Assembly: GCA_963711565.1 (NCBI GenBank)
Contig: CAVQEQ010000004.1
Span: 992,001-1,056,000, forward strand
Source of the DNA: an uncultured delta proteobacterium
Lineage (GTDB): Bacteria; Desulfobacterota; Binatia; Binatales; Binataceae
Reading direction: 5' to 3'
DNA length: 64,000 nucleotides
The first letter of the stretch is position 1, and every line of letters begins with the position of its first letter. This document shows, piece after piece, positions 47,559 to 58,253 of this stretch. A program made the position numbers and the translations under genes. A model generated the notes under the pieces. That model saw only the letters and a program-made list of their open reading frames with translations. It searched no databases and was not told the DNA's origin.

Positions 47559-48302
47559 ATGTCTGAACCGAAATTGATCATTCTCAACGACGCGCAGGAA
47601 CTCTACGTTCGTGCCGCCGAAGAAGTCGCGCATATCACCGGCGAGGCGATCTGCACCCACGGCGAGTTCACGTTTTGTCTGTCGGGCGGCTCGACGCCCG
47701 CCGCCACCTACGACTTGCTCGCGACGCGATTTCGCCTGAGCGTCGATTGGAAGGAAGTGCAGTTTTTCTGGGGCGACGAACGATGCGTCCCACCCGATAA
47801 CGCCGAGAGCAACTACGCGATGGCGAATCGCACGATGCTGAGCAAGCTCGCGCTCCGCCCCGACCAGGTGCATCGGATGCGCGGCGAGGATCCTCCCGCG
47901 CCCGCGGCCGCCGCTTACGACGACCTGTTGCGCAAGCGCTTCGGACTTGCCGACGGCGAATTCCCGCGTTTCGATCTCATCATGTTGGGGCTCGGCGACA
48001 ATCGCCATACCGTGTCGCTGTTTCCGGGCGATCCCGCGATTCACGAAACCCAGCGCATGGTGGTTGCCGTCGAGGTTGCCGCCGAGCCGCCCAGGCGCCT
48101 GACCTTCACGCCGCCGGTGATCAACAACGCGCAGCACGTGATGTTCCTGGTGGCCGGGCAGGGCAAGGCCGCCGCCGTCAAGGACGTGCTCGAAGGACCG
48201 CGCGACCCGGACAAATTCCCCGCGCAGATAGTCGCGCCGGCGGGCGGCGAGGTGATCTGGATTCTCGACAAGGCCGCCGCCAGCCTGCTTTCTCCGCGCT
48301 GA
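47559..48302 (+). CDS. pgl: 6-phosphogluconolactonase
   Basis: LSGGSTP, WGDERCVP...ESNY, LGLGD..HT.SLFP. Confidence 0.94.
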   Translation: MSEPKLIILNDAQELYVRAAEEVAHITGEAICTHGEFTFCLSGGSTPAATYDLLATRFRLSVDWKEVQFFWGDERCVPPDNAESNYAMANRTMLSKLALRPDQVHRMRGEDPPAPAAAAYDDLLRKRFGLADGEFPRFDLIMLGLGDNRHTVSLFPGDPAIHETQRMVVAVEVAAEPPRRLTFTPPVINNAQHVMFLVAGQGKAAAVKDVLEGPRDPDKFPAQIVAPAGGEVIWILDKAAASLLSPR

Positions 48303-48320
48303 TCGGGCAAAATAGACGCG

Positions 48321-48861
48321 ATGCGATTCGTATTGCGCCACTTTACCGCAATTCTCATCCTTGCCGCAGTGGCGGCATGGGCGGTGTTTTACCTGCCGAA
48401 CTCTCCGACTTGGGCCGTGCTTCGGCTGAAGCAGAATATCGACGCGCGCGACGGCGACGAAGCGGCCAAGTACGTCGATTTCGAAAGCGTCGTGAAGAAG
48501 GCGGGTCAAGAGATGGTGCAGAAGCAGGGCGGCACCGACCCGCTGAGTGCGATGCTCGGCAACGCCGCGATCGAGATGCTCAGCAAGCCGATGGCGCAGG
48601 TGGCAAAATCGTGGGCCATCCAGAAAGTCGATGACGGTGCGCGCGAAGTGCAGATGCCCGGGGTGGCCGTGGCGGGCTCGATCGTCCTCTTGCATCGAAA
48701 CGGCGACACTGCGGCCACCGACTTCACCGACAACAAGGGTCAGCGCTGGCGGATACACCTGGCGCGCGGCGACGACGGCTATTGGCGCGTCACAGAGATC
48801 GAAGACGTTCGAGCAATTTCTGCAAAAGCTCCAACGCAACCAGCCCATGGCCACGCCCTAG
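48321..48861 (+). CDS. DUF2939-like membrane-anchored protein; probable 1-nt insertion near 48809
   Basis: TM then SP.WA..L...ID.RD.....YVDF; removing one T gives EDVEQFLQKLQRNQPMATP* (otherwise ends at 48893). Confidence 0.7.
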
Positions 48862-48897
48862 CCGCGGCCATTGTTCTTAATGTCTTCTTCTGATTTC

Positions 48898-49000
48898 AGT
48901 GGGGCGGGCCGCCGTGCCCGCCCTCTCTGGGATTTTCCTAGCAGACAATTGAGTAAGGTGAGTCACTGGCCGGATGGCGGGCACGGCGGCCCGCCCCACT
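48898..49000. repeat. REPIN-like doublet (family C, GTGG-type REP)
   Basis: Perfect 25-bp inverted arms AGTGGGGCGGGCCGCCGTGCCCGCC at 48898-48922 and 48976-49000, each internally palindromic. Confidence 0.88.
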
Positions 49001-49112
49001 ATATACAGACCCTGAGAGCGCTGCGTTTACTCTGTTCCCAGCGACGGCTAGAATAGAGCTCACGCGCGGGCGAACCTGACGGGCTCGGCCGCGCGTTAGC
49101 ATTCATCACACA

Positions 49113-50960
49113 ATGAGACGCCCAGACATAAGAAATTTAGCGATCGTCGCCCACGTCGATCACGGTAAAACCACTTTGGTCAACGCGATGCTGCGGCAGT
49201 CGGGCGTGTTTCGCGCCAACGAGCAGGTCATTGATCGCGTGATGGATTCCAACGCACTCGAGCGCGAACGCGGCATCACGATCATGGCCAAGAACACCTC
49301 GATCCTGTGGGGTGAGACGCGCATCAACATCGTCGATACTCCCGGTCACTCGGATTTCGGCGGCGAGGTCGAGCGCACGTTGTCGATGGTCAACGGCGTG
49401 CTGCTGCTGGTCGATGCGTGCGAGGGGCCCCTGCCGCAGACGCGGTTCGTGCTTAAGAAGGCGCTCGAGTCGAACCTGCCCGCGATTCTTTGCATCAACA
49501 AAATAGATCGCGCCGACGCGCGCGCGCCCGAAGTTCTCGACGAGGTTTACGATCTGTTCATCGACCTCGGCGCCAACGAAAGCCAGCTCGATTTCCCGGT
49601 GCTCTACACGCAAGCGCGCGCGGGAACCGCCTCGCTCAAGCTCGACGTTCCGAGTGAGAATCTGGTGCCGCTGTTCGACGCGATAGTCGCGCATCTGCCC
49701 GGCCCCGAAGTCGATCCCGACGCTACGCTGCAATTCCAGGTAAATAACATCGACTACGACGATTACGTCGGCCGCCTCGCGGTCGGCAGGATCATCGCCG
49801 GCTCGATGACGGCGTCGCAGAACTATTCGCTGTGCCGGCGCGACGGCAAGACCGTCGTGTGCAAGGTCGCCCACATCTACGGCTGGCAGGGGCTGACGCG
49901 CGTCGAGCGCGATACCGCCAGCGCGGGCGAGATTGTGATCGTCGCGGGCGTCGAGGATATCGCGATCGGTGAGACCATCGCCGACCTCGAAAACCCGCGC
50001 CCGCTGCCGCCGATTCGCATCGATGAGCCGACCGTGGCGATGACCTTCTCGGTGAACAATTCGCCGTGGGCGGGCCGCGAGGGAGAATTCGTCACCTCGC
50101 GCAAGCTGGGCGAGCGCATCGAATTCGAAGCGCGGCGCAACGTCAGCACCCGCGTCGAGCAGTTGTCGCCGGAAGCGTGGCGCGTGATGGGCCGCGGCGA
50201 ATTGCAGCTCGCCGTGATCATAGAAACCATGCGTCGCGAAGGCTACGAGATGCAGGTCTCGAAGCCCACCGTAATCACCAAGCAGGCCGACGGCCAGGTC
50301 CTCGAGCCGATGGAAATGCTCGTCATCGACATCCCCTCCGAGTACATCGGCACCGTCACGCAGATGCTCTCGAGCCGCAAGGCCAAGATGCGCACGATGG
50401 TCACGCATGCGAGCAATCGCGTGCGGCTCGAGTACGACATTCCCGCGCGCGGGCTGATCGGCTTTCGCGGCAGGTTTCTCGAAAGCACCCGCGGCAACGG
50501 CCTGATGAATACTCTCTTCAATGGTTACGCGCCGTGGTCGGGCACGATTCGCTCGCGCGCCAACGGGGCGATGATTTCCGATCGCGAGGGCGTCAGCACC
50601 CCTTACGCGATCTTCCATTTGCAGGAGCGCGGTATATTCTTCGTCGGACCCGGCCAGCCGGTTTATGAGGGGATGATCGTCGGCGAGTATGCGCGCGAGA
50701 TAAATTTGCCCGTCAACGTGTGCCGTGAAAAAAAGCTCAGCAATATGCGTGCGTCAGGCCACGATGAAGCCATTCGACTGTCTCCCGCGCGCATTCCGAC
50801 GCTCGACGCGGCGCTGGAATGGATCGACGAGGAGGAGCTGGTCGAGGTCACGCCCAAGTCGGTGCGGCTGCGCAACCGCGTCCTCAAGACCGCGCTCAGG
50901 AACAAGCATCGTGCGGGATACATCGACGCGCCGCCGTCGGAGATGGCCGAAGGCAACTGA
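49113..50960 (+). CDS. typA: Translational GTPase TypA/BipA
   Basis: [50 protein letters not shown]. Confidence 0.97.
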   Translation: MRRPDIRNLAIVAHVDHGKTTLVNAMLRQSGVFRANEQVIDRVMDSNALERERGITIMAKNTSILWGETRINIVDTPGHSDFGGEVERTLSMVNGVLLLVDACEGPLPQTRFVLKKALESNLPAILCINKIDRADARAPEVLDEVYDLFIDLGANESQLDFPVLYTQARAGTASLKLDVPSENLVPLFDAIVAHLPGPEVDPDATLQFQVNNIDYDDYVGRLAVGRIIAGSMTASQNYSLCRRDGKTVVCKVAHIYGWQGLTRVERDTASAGEIVIVAGVEDIAIGETIADLENPRPLPPIRIDEPTVAMTFSVNNSPWAGREGEFVTSRKLGERIEFEARRNVSTRVEQLSPEAWRVMGRGELQLAVIIETMRREGYEMQVSKPTVITKQADGQVLEPMEMLVIDIPSEYIGTVTQMLSSRKAKMRTMVTHASNRVRLEYDIPARGLIGFRGRFLESTRGNGLMNTLFNGYAPWSGTIRSRANGAMISDREGVSTPYAIFHLQERGIFFVGPGQPVYEGMIVGEYAREINLPVNVCREKKLSNMRASGHDEAIRLSPARIPTLDAALEWIDEEELVEVTPKSVRLRNRVLKTALRNKHRAGYIDAPPSEMAEGN

Positions 50961-51020
50961 TCGCTTCGTGAGCCATGCGTTCGGCGTCGCGCGGGACGTG
51001 GCGATGGCGTCATCGCAATC

Positions 51021-54000
51021 ATGAGACTGGTCCGAATCGCCGCGGGTTTCGCGCTCATCCTGATAATCGTGGTCGGCGGTTCCGCGGGCCTGATCCTTTC
51101 CAACCAGGCTCGCCTCGTCGTTTACGTCCTCTCCTCGATCCACAAACGCACCGGCGTCGAGATCATCCCGCGTGCCAGTTCCGTCCACCTCAGCACTCAC
51201 CTGATTGTCGTCCTCGACCAACCGCAGGTCATCGAAAATGGTCATGAAATCGTCAAGCTGAAATCGCTCAGCGCCACAATCTCCTACCATTCAATCTTCA
51301 CCGGCACCGGGCTTCCGCTGTATCGCCTCACCGCCGACAGTCCCGAGATAACCCTTCCTGTCACCGCGACTCACGCGGCCGCCGTCTCGGTCCCGCGCCC
51401 CGGCACCCCGACAATCGATGCGCTGCAGGACACGCTGCACTCGCTGGCGCGGATTTGCTGGCGCGTCGATACGATCGACGCATCGGTGCGCTACGCCGAC
51501 GGCGTGCCGCTGGCGAATCACGTTGGGATGGTGGCGTATCGTACCCGTCGCGAACCTTCTCGATGGCGGCTCGGCTTCAGCGGCGCGCTGCTTGGCGCGC
51601 GTGTTTCCGGCGCACAATTCAGCGGGAAGTTCAGTTTGGGCACTTCGAGCAGTTCGCGTCCCGGCGAATTCGGGCATGGCGAGGTGTGGACCTGGAACGT
51701 GCCGCTCGAGGGAATCGAGGCTGAGGGTTTCACCCTGGCCGGCGCCGTCCAGAGCACCCTCAAATATTCGCTCCGTGATGACGGCTCGGTGACCGGCGAG
51801 ATCGATGCCGGTGCGAAGGACCTGGTACTCAAAAGTGCGCGGCTCGCTGCTCCGCAGGATCTTGGCGAGTACTCGCTGCATGCCGGCTTCGACATCACCG
51901 ACGGCAAGTATGCGGTCAACCAAATCGTTTTGCGCCACGTCAACACGCCGATTCTTTCCGCCAATACCGAGCTGGTCGGTCCTGAAAGCGAGAAGCCTCG
52001 CCTGGGAATCCAACTCGGCGGATTTCGCTTCGACGCGGCTGCGGTTAAGCAGAAGCTGCTGTCGGTCCGTCATCTGCCCGCCGACTTCGTGAGCATGCTC
52101 AACCGGCTCGGTCCTGGCAAGGTGACCGTCGGTGACGCGACTCTCAGCGCCGCGCTCGAGGAGATCAAGACTGCGCCGCTCGAAACGATTCGCAGGAACC
52201 TCGTGGTCACCGGCATGATCGAGGACGTGGGCTTCACAATTCCGTCGGATACCAGGCTGCCGGCTGTCAACGGTCTGAGCGCGCAGCTCGCCTACTCGAA
52301 GGGCCTGCTGACGATCTCGCAGGGCACCGCGAAGTTCGGAAACTCCTCGATCCACGACCTCGTTGCCAGTGCGAATCTTGCCAACGGAATCGAGGGCGCC
52401 GACTACAAGTCCAGCGTCGGCATGGACGCCGACCTCGCCGAACTCTATCCCGCCATCGCGCGGTCGCTCGAGTTGTATCAATTGCAGCAACGCGACCGTC
52501 TCGAGCACTTGGGCGGCCGCGTCCAGGTGGTTGTTACCGCATCGGGAAAGTTGAGTGTTAAAACCCTGGTTCCACCCAAAGATTACCAGGTGCGCGCGGA
52601 TGCTAACGGCACCGTCGTCAGCATCAAGGGTTCGCCGGGACCGCTCAAGGTTTCACGCGGCACGATCGTCATCAATCGGGACTCAGTCAGGTTCGACCAT
52701 CTGATGCTGGCGGCGACCGGTGGCGACGCGACCCTGGACGGCACCGTCAATTTCGTTAAGCAGGGATTCATACTGCGCGATGTGACCCTCGGTCTGCATA
52801 ACTTCCCGTCCGAAACGTGGTTGTCGTTACTGGTCGATCCGTCCGATTTCAGCGTGAGCGGACCGATCGGCGGCAGAGTCGTCGTCAACAGCGATCCAAA
52901 GAATCTCACGAACATGACGCCCGAAGGCAAGCTGACGCTCGCCGGGGGCAACGTGAAGTTCAACTTCCTGCGCTCGCCGATCCTGGTTCAGGGCGCGACG
53001 CTCACCATGCACCGCAAGGAGGTCATCCTCGCGATGCCGGGCTCCAAGCTGGAAAATCAGGCGATCAACTTCAAGGTCACTGTCGCTGACTACACACATC
53101 CCACGATTCGCATCGACGCCACCGTGCAGAAGCTCGATCTCGAGGTGATGAACTTTGTGCGGATGCCGTGGTCGCCGGCCATGCCGCCGATCCATTTCCC
53201 GGTTCCTTGCAGCGGGCATATCGAAGCGCACGCGGCAAATCTGGCGGCATTTCAGATGACCAACGTCAAGACTGATTTTACGCGCAGCCCCATGGGCGAT
53301 TGGCACATTTACAACATGAGCGCTACCGCCTATCGCGGGAAGATGAAGCTCGAACTGGTCGGCCGCGCCCCCGACAACTGGATTCACATGATGGGCAGCG
53401 CCACCGACATGGACCCGGCGCCGCTCTTCATGCTGGGCGGCGAGAACAAGCAGTCGCCGTTGTTGGGGCATCTCTATCTGGCAGCGGATCTGTGGGGCAA
53501 CACCGACACCAACTTCTTCGAGACTCTTGCCGGCGACATGACGATCACCGTGCGCGACGGAACCCTCAACAAGTTTACCCTGCTCTCGCGCCTGCTGAGT
53601 TTTATCGATATCAAGAATTGGTTGAGCGCGCAGATTCCGGACCCGCGCATCAATGGCGTCCCGTTCAAAACTATCTTCACCGATTTCAAAGGCGAGGGCG
53701 GCCTTTTCTACACCGATAACTTCGCGCTGAAGGGCCCAGTGATGGATATAACTGCGAACGGCAGCATTCAGTTCGGCGCCGATATGCTCGATATGCAGGT
53801 CGGCATGTTCCCGTTCGACACGGTCAACTGGGTCTTGAATCACATCCCGTTAATCGGCGAGCGCATCGGCTCGGGCACCGGCAAACTTGTCGCGGCGTAC
53901 TTCCATGTCAGCGGCCCGATCAGCAACCCGTCGATTATGCCGCAACCGATTTCGTCGGTGACGAACTTCATCAAGAAGACTCTCGGCATGCCGATAAACA

Positions 54001-54026
54001 TCATCCGTCCCAACACGATCAAGTGA
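51021..54026 (+). CDS. AsmA/YhdP-like (repeating beta-groove) envelope protein
   Basis: N-terminal TM, beta-rich body, C-terminal LN.IPLIG...AYF.V.GP..NP. Confidence 0.8.
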   Translation: MRLVRIAAGFALILIIVVGGSAGLILSNQARLVVYVLSSIHKRTGVEIIPRASSVHLSTHLIVVLDQPQVIENGHEIVKLKSLSATISYHSIFTGTGLPLYRLTADSPEITLPVTATHAAAVSVPRPGTPTIDALQDTLHSLARICWRVDTIDASVRYADGVPLANHVGMVAYRTRREPSRWRLGFSGALLGARVSGAQFSGKFSLGTSSSSRPGEFGHGEVWTWNVPLEGIEAEGFTLAGAVQSTLKYSLRDDGSVTGEIDAGAKDLVLKSARLAAPQDLGEYSLHAGFDITDGKYAVNQIVLRHVNTPILSANTELVGPESEKPRLGIQLGGFRFDAAAVKQKLLSVRHLPADFVSMLNRLGPGKVTVGDATLSAALEEIKTAPLETIRRNLVVTGMIEDVGFTIPSDTRLPAVNGLSAQLAYSKGLLTISQGTAKFGNSSIHDLVASANLANGIEGADYKSSVGMDADLAELYPAIARSLELYQLQQRDRLEHLGGRVQVVVTASGKLSVKTLVPPKDYQVRADANGTVVSIKGSPGPLKVSRGTIVINRDSVRFDHLMLAATGGDATLDGTVNFVKQGFILRDVTLGLHNFPSETWLSLLVDPSDFSVSGPIGGRVVVNSDPKNLTNMTPEGKLTLAGGNVKFNFLRSPILVQGATLTMHRKEVILAMPGSKLENQAINFKVTVADYTHPTIRIDATVQKLDLEVMNFVRMPWSPAMPPIHFPVPCSGHIEAHAANLAAFQMTNVKTDFTRSPMGDWHIYNMSATAYRGKMKLELVGRAPDNWIHMMGSATDMDPAPLFMLGGENKQSPLLGHLYLAADLWGNTDTNFFETLAGDMTITVRDGTLNKFTLLSRLLSFIDIKNWLSAQIPDPRINGVPFKTIFTDFKGEGGLFYTDNFALKGPVMDITANGSIQFGADMLDMQVGMFPFDTVNWVLNHIPLIGERIGSGTGKLVAAYFHVSGPISNPSIMPQPISSVTNFIKKTLGMPINIIRPNTIK

Positions 54027-54030
54027 GTCA

Positions 54031-54732
54031 GTGAGAGATTCGCGGCCAGCGCTGATCGTCTTCTGCCGCGAGCCTGTCGAGCACCAGGTCAAGACCCGCT
54101 TGCTCGGTGCGATCACGCCCGCCGCCGCGGTCGCGTTGTCCGACGCGTTCATTCGCGACGCACTCGCCAAGGCAGTCTCGGTCCACCCCTCGCAAATCGT
54201 CATCGCAGCCGGCGCGCGGGGCGGTGCCGAGCGGAGCAAATACTTCCAGCGCCTCTCGCGCCGATTTGGCGCCGACCTCATCGATCAAGGAAGTGGCTCG
54301 CTCGGCGCGCGGATGACGCACGCACTCGAACCGTTTTCATCCAATGGCGCGCTGTTAATCGGTACTGACACTCCGTCTCTTCCAACTGCGCTGCTCGCGG
54401 CCAGCCTCGAAGCACTTCGCCGCGCCCGCGTCGTGATCGCGCCCAGTCTCGACGGCGGCTACTACGCGGTCGGCGTGCGCGGTGCGATGCCCCCGATTTT
54501 CACCGGCATGCGATGGGGTACCGGCAGCGTCTTTGCCTCAACGATCAGGCGTCTCAAACGCGCCGGCATCAGGTACAGTCTCGGTCCAGCGTGGTACGAC
54601 GTCGATCTATGGGGCGACGTGATGCTGTTGGCAGCGCACCTGCGGCTGCTTGCTCGATTCCGCAATGGCACGCCGTGTCCCGCGACCGAGTCTGTGCTCA
54701 AGCGGCTTGGACTCCTGCGCCACGCTCGCTAA
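54031..54732 (+). CDS. DUF2064/TIGR04282 family glycosyltransferase-like protein
   Basis: VKTRL, QG.GSLGARM, IGTD.P, P..DGGYY..G, WYDVD. Confidence 0.85.
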   Translation: MRDSRPALIVFCREPVEHQVKTRLLGAITPAAAVALSDAFIRDALAKAVSVHPSQIVIAAGARGGAERSKYFQRLSRRFGADLIDQGSGSLGARMTHALEPFSSNGALLIGTDTPSLPTALLAASLEALRRARVVIAPSLDGGYYAVGVRGAMPPIFTGMRWGTGSVFASTIRRLKRAGIRYSLGPAWYDVDLWGDVMLLAAHLRLLARFRNGTPCPATESVLKRLGLLRHAR

Positions 54733-54741
54733 AGTACCCCG

Positions 54742-54990
54742 GTGATCGAGCTGACTCTCTACACCCGCAACGACTGCGAGCTGTGCCGCGAGATGGAAGA
54801 AGTGATCGCGGCCGAGCTGCCGAAATTCGACGCGCAGCTGCGGCGCATCGAAATCGACGGTGACGCGGACCTCGAGGCCCGCTTTGGAATCGAAGTGCCG
54901 GTGCTGTTTGTGAACGATCGCAAGGCGTTCAAGTATCGATGCACTCCCGCTGAGTTGCGGATTCGCCTCGCGCGCGAGGCAAGGAGCTGA
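54742..54990 (+). CDS. Glutaredoxin-like protein (DUF836)
   Basis: LYTR.DCELC, EID.D..L..RFG.EVPVL. Confidence 0.88.
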   Translation: MIELTLYTRNDCELCREMEEVIAAELPKFDAQLRRIEIDGDADLEARFGIEVPVLFVNDRKAFKYRCTPAELRIRLAREARS

Positions 54991-54991
54991 C

Positions 54992-55390
54992 ATGCCGGCG
55001 CGAACCCCTCACAAGATGCGCGTGATATTCGTTACGGCCGCGAGCGAGGACCAGGCCGTCACGATCGCGCGTACGCTGGTCGGCGAACGACTCGCGGCCT
55101 GCGTCAATATCGTCGGACCGGTGCGCTCCATTTATCGCTGGCGCGACGAGGTCAAGGACGATCGCGAGTATCTGCTGATCATCAAGACTCGCGCGATGCT
55201 CTATATGAAAGTGGAGACGCGCGTTCGCGAGATGCATACCTACGAGGTGCCCGAAGTCCTCGCGCTGAACGCAGATCGCGGCTCGCCGCCTTACATTCAA
55301 TGGATGCTCGACACGACCGGGCCGCCGCGCGGACACGCGAACAAGGGTCTATCGAGACCCGCAACCAGTCATCGCGGACGCTCACGATGA
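54992..55390 (+). CDS. cutA: Divalent-cation tolerance protein CutA
   Basis: LV.ERLAACVNI, SIYRW, IKT, HTYEVPEV. Confidence 0.93.
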   Translation: MPARTPHKMRVIFVTAASEDQAVTIARTLVGERLAACVNIVGPVRSIYRWRDEVKDDREYLLIIKTRAMLYMKVETRVREMHTYEVPEVLALNADRGSPPYIQWMLDTTGPPRGHANKGLSRPATSHRGRSR

Positions 55391-56430
55391 TCAGGATTGC
55401 GATTGCAGGCGCCGGCGCGATTACCGAGCGCGCGCATATTCCGGCGCTGCGCGGCGTCGCCGACGCCCAAATTGTCGCGCTGCAAAGCCGCACCGCCGAC
55501 AAGGCCGAGTACGTCGCGCGCGCGCTTTGGCCAGACGACGCGGGGCGCCCCAAGACCTACTCGAATTTCGACGACATGCTGGCGCGCGAGCGTCCCGACG
55601 CGGTCGGAATCTTCACGCCGAATCATTTGCATTGCGAGTTCACCGTCAAGGCGCTGAGCGCGGGCGCGCACGTGCTCGTCGAGAAGCCGATGGCGCCCAC
55701 CGCCGCCCAAGCGCGCAAGATGGTCGATACGGCCGCGAAAGCTGGTCGCGTGCTGATGGTCGCGATGCAGCGGCGCTTCGGTGGAATCGAGCGCGCCATC
55801 AAGGACGCCCTCGCAAGCGGCGCAATCGGCACGCCGAATTTCATTCGCGCGCGGCTCTCGCACGGCGGACCGCAGGCGTGGGCGCCCGGGCAGAAATGGT
55901 TCACGACGGCTTCGGAAGCGGGCGGCGGCGCGATGCTCGATCTCGGCGTTCACGTCGCCGACCTTGCAATCTGGTTCATGGGCGAGATCGATTCCGTCTC
56001 CGGCCAGGTGGCAACGCTCGCCAAGCAGATCGAAGTCGATGACACCGGCGCGATGGTTGTCCACTTCAAGTCGGGCGCGATCGGCGTCGTCGATGCTAGT
56101 TGGAGCAGCATGCCGCCGCTGTCTGCGATCGAGATTTATGGCAGCGAGGGCAGGGTGATGGCCGGTTATCCGCGCAACGACATCTCGATTCTTAAATCCG
56201 ACGGCAATCCGGCGCCTGGATTTTCACGCGAGGAAGTGATCAGTCGTTTCGATCCGCGCGATTTTCTCGCGCCTTCCCGCGCGCTCGCGGAGAACTTCAT
56301 TGCCGCGATTCAAGGCCGTGCGAAACCTTCACCCGACGGCATCGACGGCCTGCGTGCGGTCGAGGCGATCGAGGCGTGCTATCGTTCGTCGCGTACCGGT
56401 AGTCGAATCAACCTGCCGCTCGATTCATAA
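55387..56430 (+). CDS. Gfo/Idh/MocA oxidoreductase
   Basis: GAGAI, TPNHLH, HVLVEKPMA, GGGAMLDLGVH. Confidence 0.92.
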   Translation: MIRIAIAGAGAITERAHIPALRGVADAQIVALQSRTADKAEYVARALWPDDAGRPKTYSNFDDMLARERPDAVGIFTPNHLHCEFTVKALSAGAHVLVEKPMAPTAAQARKMVDTAAKAGRVLMVAMQRRFGGIERAIKDALASGAIGTPNFIRARLSHGGPQAWAPGQKWFTTASEAGGGAMLDLGVHVADLAIWFMGEIDSVSGQVATLAKQIEVDDTGAMVVHFKSGAIGVVDASWSSMPPLSAIEIYGSEGRVMAGYPRNDISILKSDGNPAPGFSREEVISRFDPRDFLAPSRALAENFIAAIQGRAKPSPDGIDGLRAVEAIEACYRSSRTGSRINLPLDS

Positions 56431-56437
56431 TTCACAC

Positions 56438-57523
56438 ATGTTTCGCGAATCGATCAAAAGCATGGCGCCGTATCGGCCCGGCGAGCAGCCGCGTCCCGGC
56501 GAGCGCCTGATCAAGCTCAACACCAATGAGAATCCGTATCCGCCGTCGCCGCGAGTCCGCCGTGCCGTTGCGAGAGCGATGGCGGGTTCGGCGCTGCGAT
56601 TGTATCCTGCCCCGCGCGCCGACGAATTCGTGGCGAGCGCTGCGAAAATCTACTCGATACCGCAAAGCATGATCCTCGCCGGCAACGGCTCGGACGAATT
56701 GCTCGCGATGGTGTTCCGCGCCACGCTCGGCGAGGGCGACACCGTTGCCTATCCCGTCCCGACCTATTCGCTCTACGACACCTTGGCGCTCGTGCAGGAG
56801 GCGCGCATCCTCCACGTCCCGCTGGGCGGCGACTTCGCGTTGCCGCTCGACGCGCTCGCCGACGCGCGCGCCAATCTCACGATCGTTTGCAGTCCGAACT
56901 CGCCGTCCGGCACCTCGACCCCGAGCAGCAACCTGGGCGCGCTGGCAAAACGCCTCGAGGGCCGTCTCCTCGTGATCGACGAAGCCTACGTCGACTTCGC
57001 GGACGAGAATGCGCTCGGCCTGGTCCGGCGCCATCGCAACGTCGTCGTCCTGCGCACGCTGTCGAAGTCCTACTCGCTGGCCGGAATGCGGCTGGGTCTC
57101 TGCTTTGCGCATCCGTCGGTGATCGACGCGCTGATGAAGGTCAAGGATTCGTACAACCTGAGCCGCGTCGCGCTGGCTGCCGGGGCCGAAGCGCTGCGCG
57201 ACGATGCCTGGATGCGCCGCAATGTCGCGAAGGTAATCCGCACGCGCGCCGCGACCGAGGTGCGGCTGCGTGAGCTCGGCTTCGAGGTGCCGCCCTCGCA
57301 GGCGAATTTCGTGCTGGCGCGGATACCGGGACGCGACATGGCCCCGGTCATGCGCGGGCTGCGTCGCGCCGGAATCCTGGTCCGCCACTTCGCGACGCCG
57401 CTGCTGCAGGACGCCCTCCGCATCTCGATTGGAACTCCGACCGAGATGGACGCGCTGACCAAGGCACTCGCGCCGCTGGTTCGCGCGACGCTACCGAAAC
57501 CGAAACGCCGCGTTCGCGCATGA
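56438..57523 (+). CDS. hisC: Histidinol-phosphate aminotransferase
   Basis: KLNTNENP, GNGSDE, PNSPSG, DEAYVDF, RTLSK.Y.LAG.RLG. Confidence 0.95.
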   Translation: MFRESIKSMAPYRPGEQPRPGERLIKLNTNENPYPPSPRVRRAVARAMAGSALRLYPAPRADEFVASAAKIYSIPQSMILAGNGSDELLAMVFRATLGEGDTVAYPVPTYSLYDTLALVQEARILHVPLGGDFALPLDALADARANLTIVCSPNSPSGTSTPSSNLGALAKRLEGRLLVIDEAYVDFADENALGLVRRHRNVVVLRTLSKSYSLAGMRLGLCFAHPSVIDALMKVKDSYNLSRVALAAGAEALRDDAWMRRNVAKVIRTRAATEVRLRELGFEVPPSQANFVLARIPGRDMAPVMRGLRRAGILVRHFATPLLQDALRISIGTPTEMDALTKALAPLVRATLPKPKRRVRA

Positions 57524-57527
57524 GCGC

Positions 57528-58220
57528 TTGAATTCGATGGCGGCGATCAAGCGTCTATTCGGAAATTTTCGTTCGTCGCGCGCGAAGAAATCCGACTCCG
57601 AAGCGCGTTCTGCGATTGAATGGGTTGTGACCGGGCTGGGGAATCCCGGCGAGGAATACGCGCGCTCGCGCCACAACTCCGGCTTCATGACGATCGATCG
57701 GATCGCCAAAGCGAAAGGCGTCGAGCTTGGCCGGCGCCGATTCAAAGGCGTCACCGCTGAGACTACGCTGGCCGAAAAGCCGGCGCTCCTCGTCAAGCCG
57801 CAGACTTTTTACAACCTGAGCGGCGAATGCGTTTCGGCTCTGCTCGGCTATTTCAAAATTCCGCCCAATCATCTGATCGTGCTGCATGACGAGCTCGACC
57901 TCGAAGCAGGGCGCCTCAGGATCAAGCAGGGCGGCGGCGACGCCGGCAACCGCGGCGTTCGTTCAATCGCCGAGTCGCTCGGAACAACGGATTTCATCCG
58001 CGTCAGAATCGGAATCGGCCGGCCGCCCGGATTTACCGTCGAAATGGAACCTGGCCGCCAGCCGAAGACCGAAGAAAACAAGGACTACCTCCTCCGCCCG
58101 ATGACGGCCGCCGAGCGGCAGGCGCTGGCGCCGATCCTCGAGCGCGCCGCGAGCGCGGTCGAAGCGATCGCCGCCAACGGACTCGAAGCGGCGATGAATC
58201 GTTACAACCAGCGCAGCTGA
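57528..58220 (+). CDS. pth: Peptidyl-tRNA hydrolase
   Basis: GLGNPG..Y..SRHN.GF, KPQTFYNLSG, HDELDL, RVRIGIGRP. Confidence 0.94.
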   Translation: MNSMAAIKRLFGNFRSSRAKKSDSEARSAIEWVVTGLGNPGEEYARSRHNSGFMTIDRIAKAKGVELGRRRFKGVTAETTLAEKPALLVKPQTFYNLSGECVSALLGYFKIPPNHLIVLHDELDLEAGRLRIKQGGGDAGNRGVRSIAESLGTTDFIRVRIGIGRPPGFTVEMEPGRQPKTEENKDYLLRPMTAAERQALAPILERAASAVEAIAANGLEAAMNRYNQRS

Positions 58221-58253
58221 AGTTGATTCAGGGTGATCTGCGGAGAATCCTGA

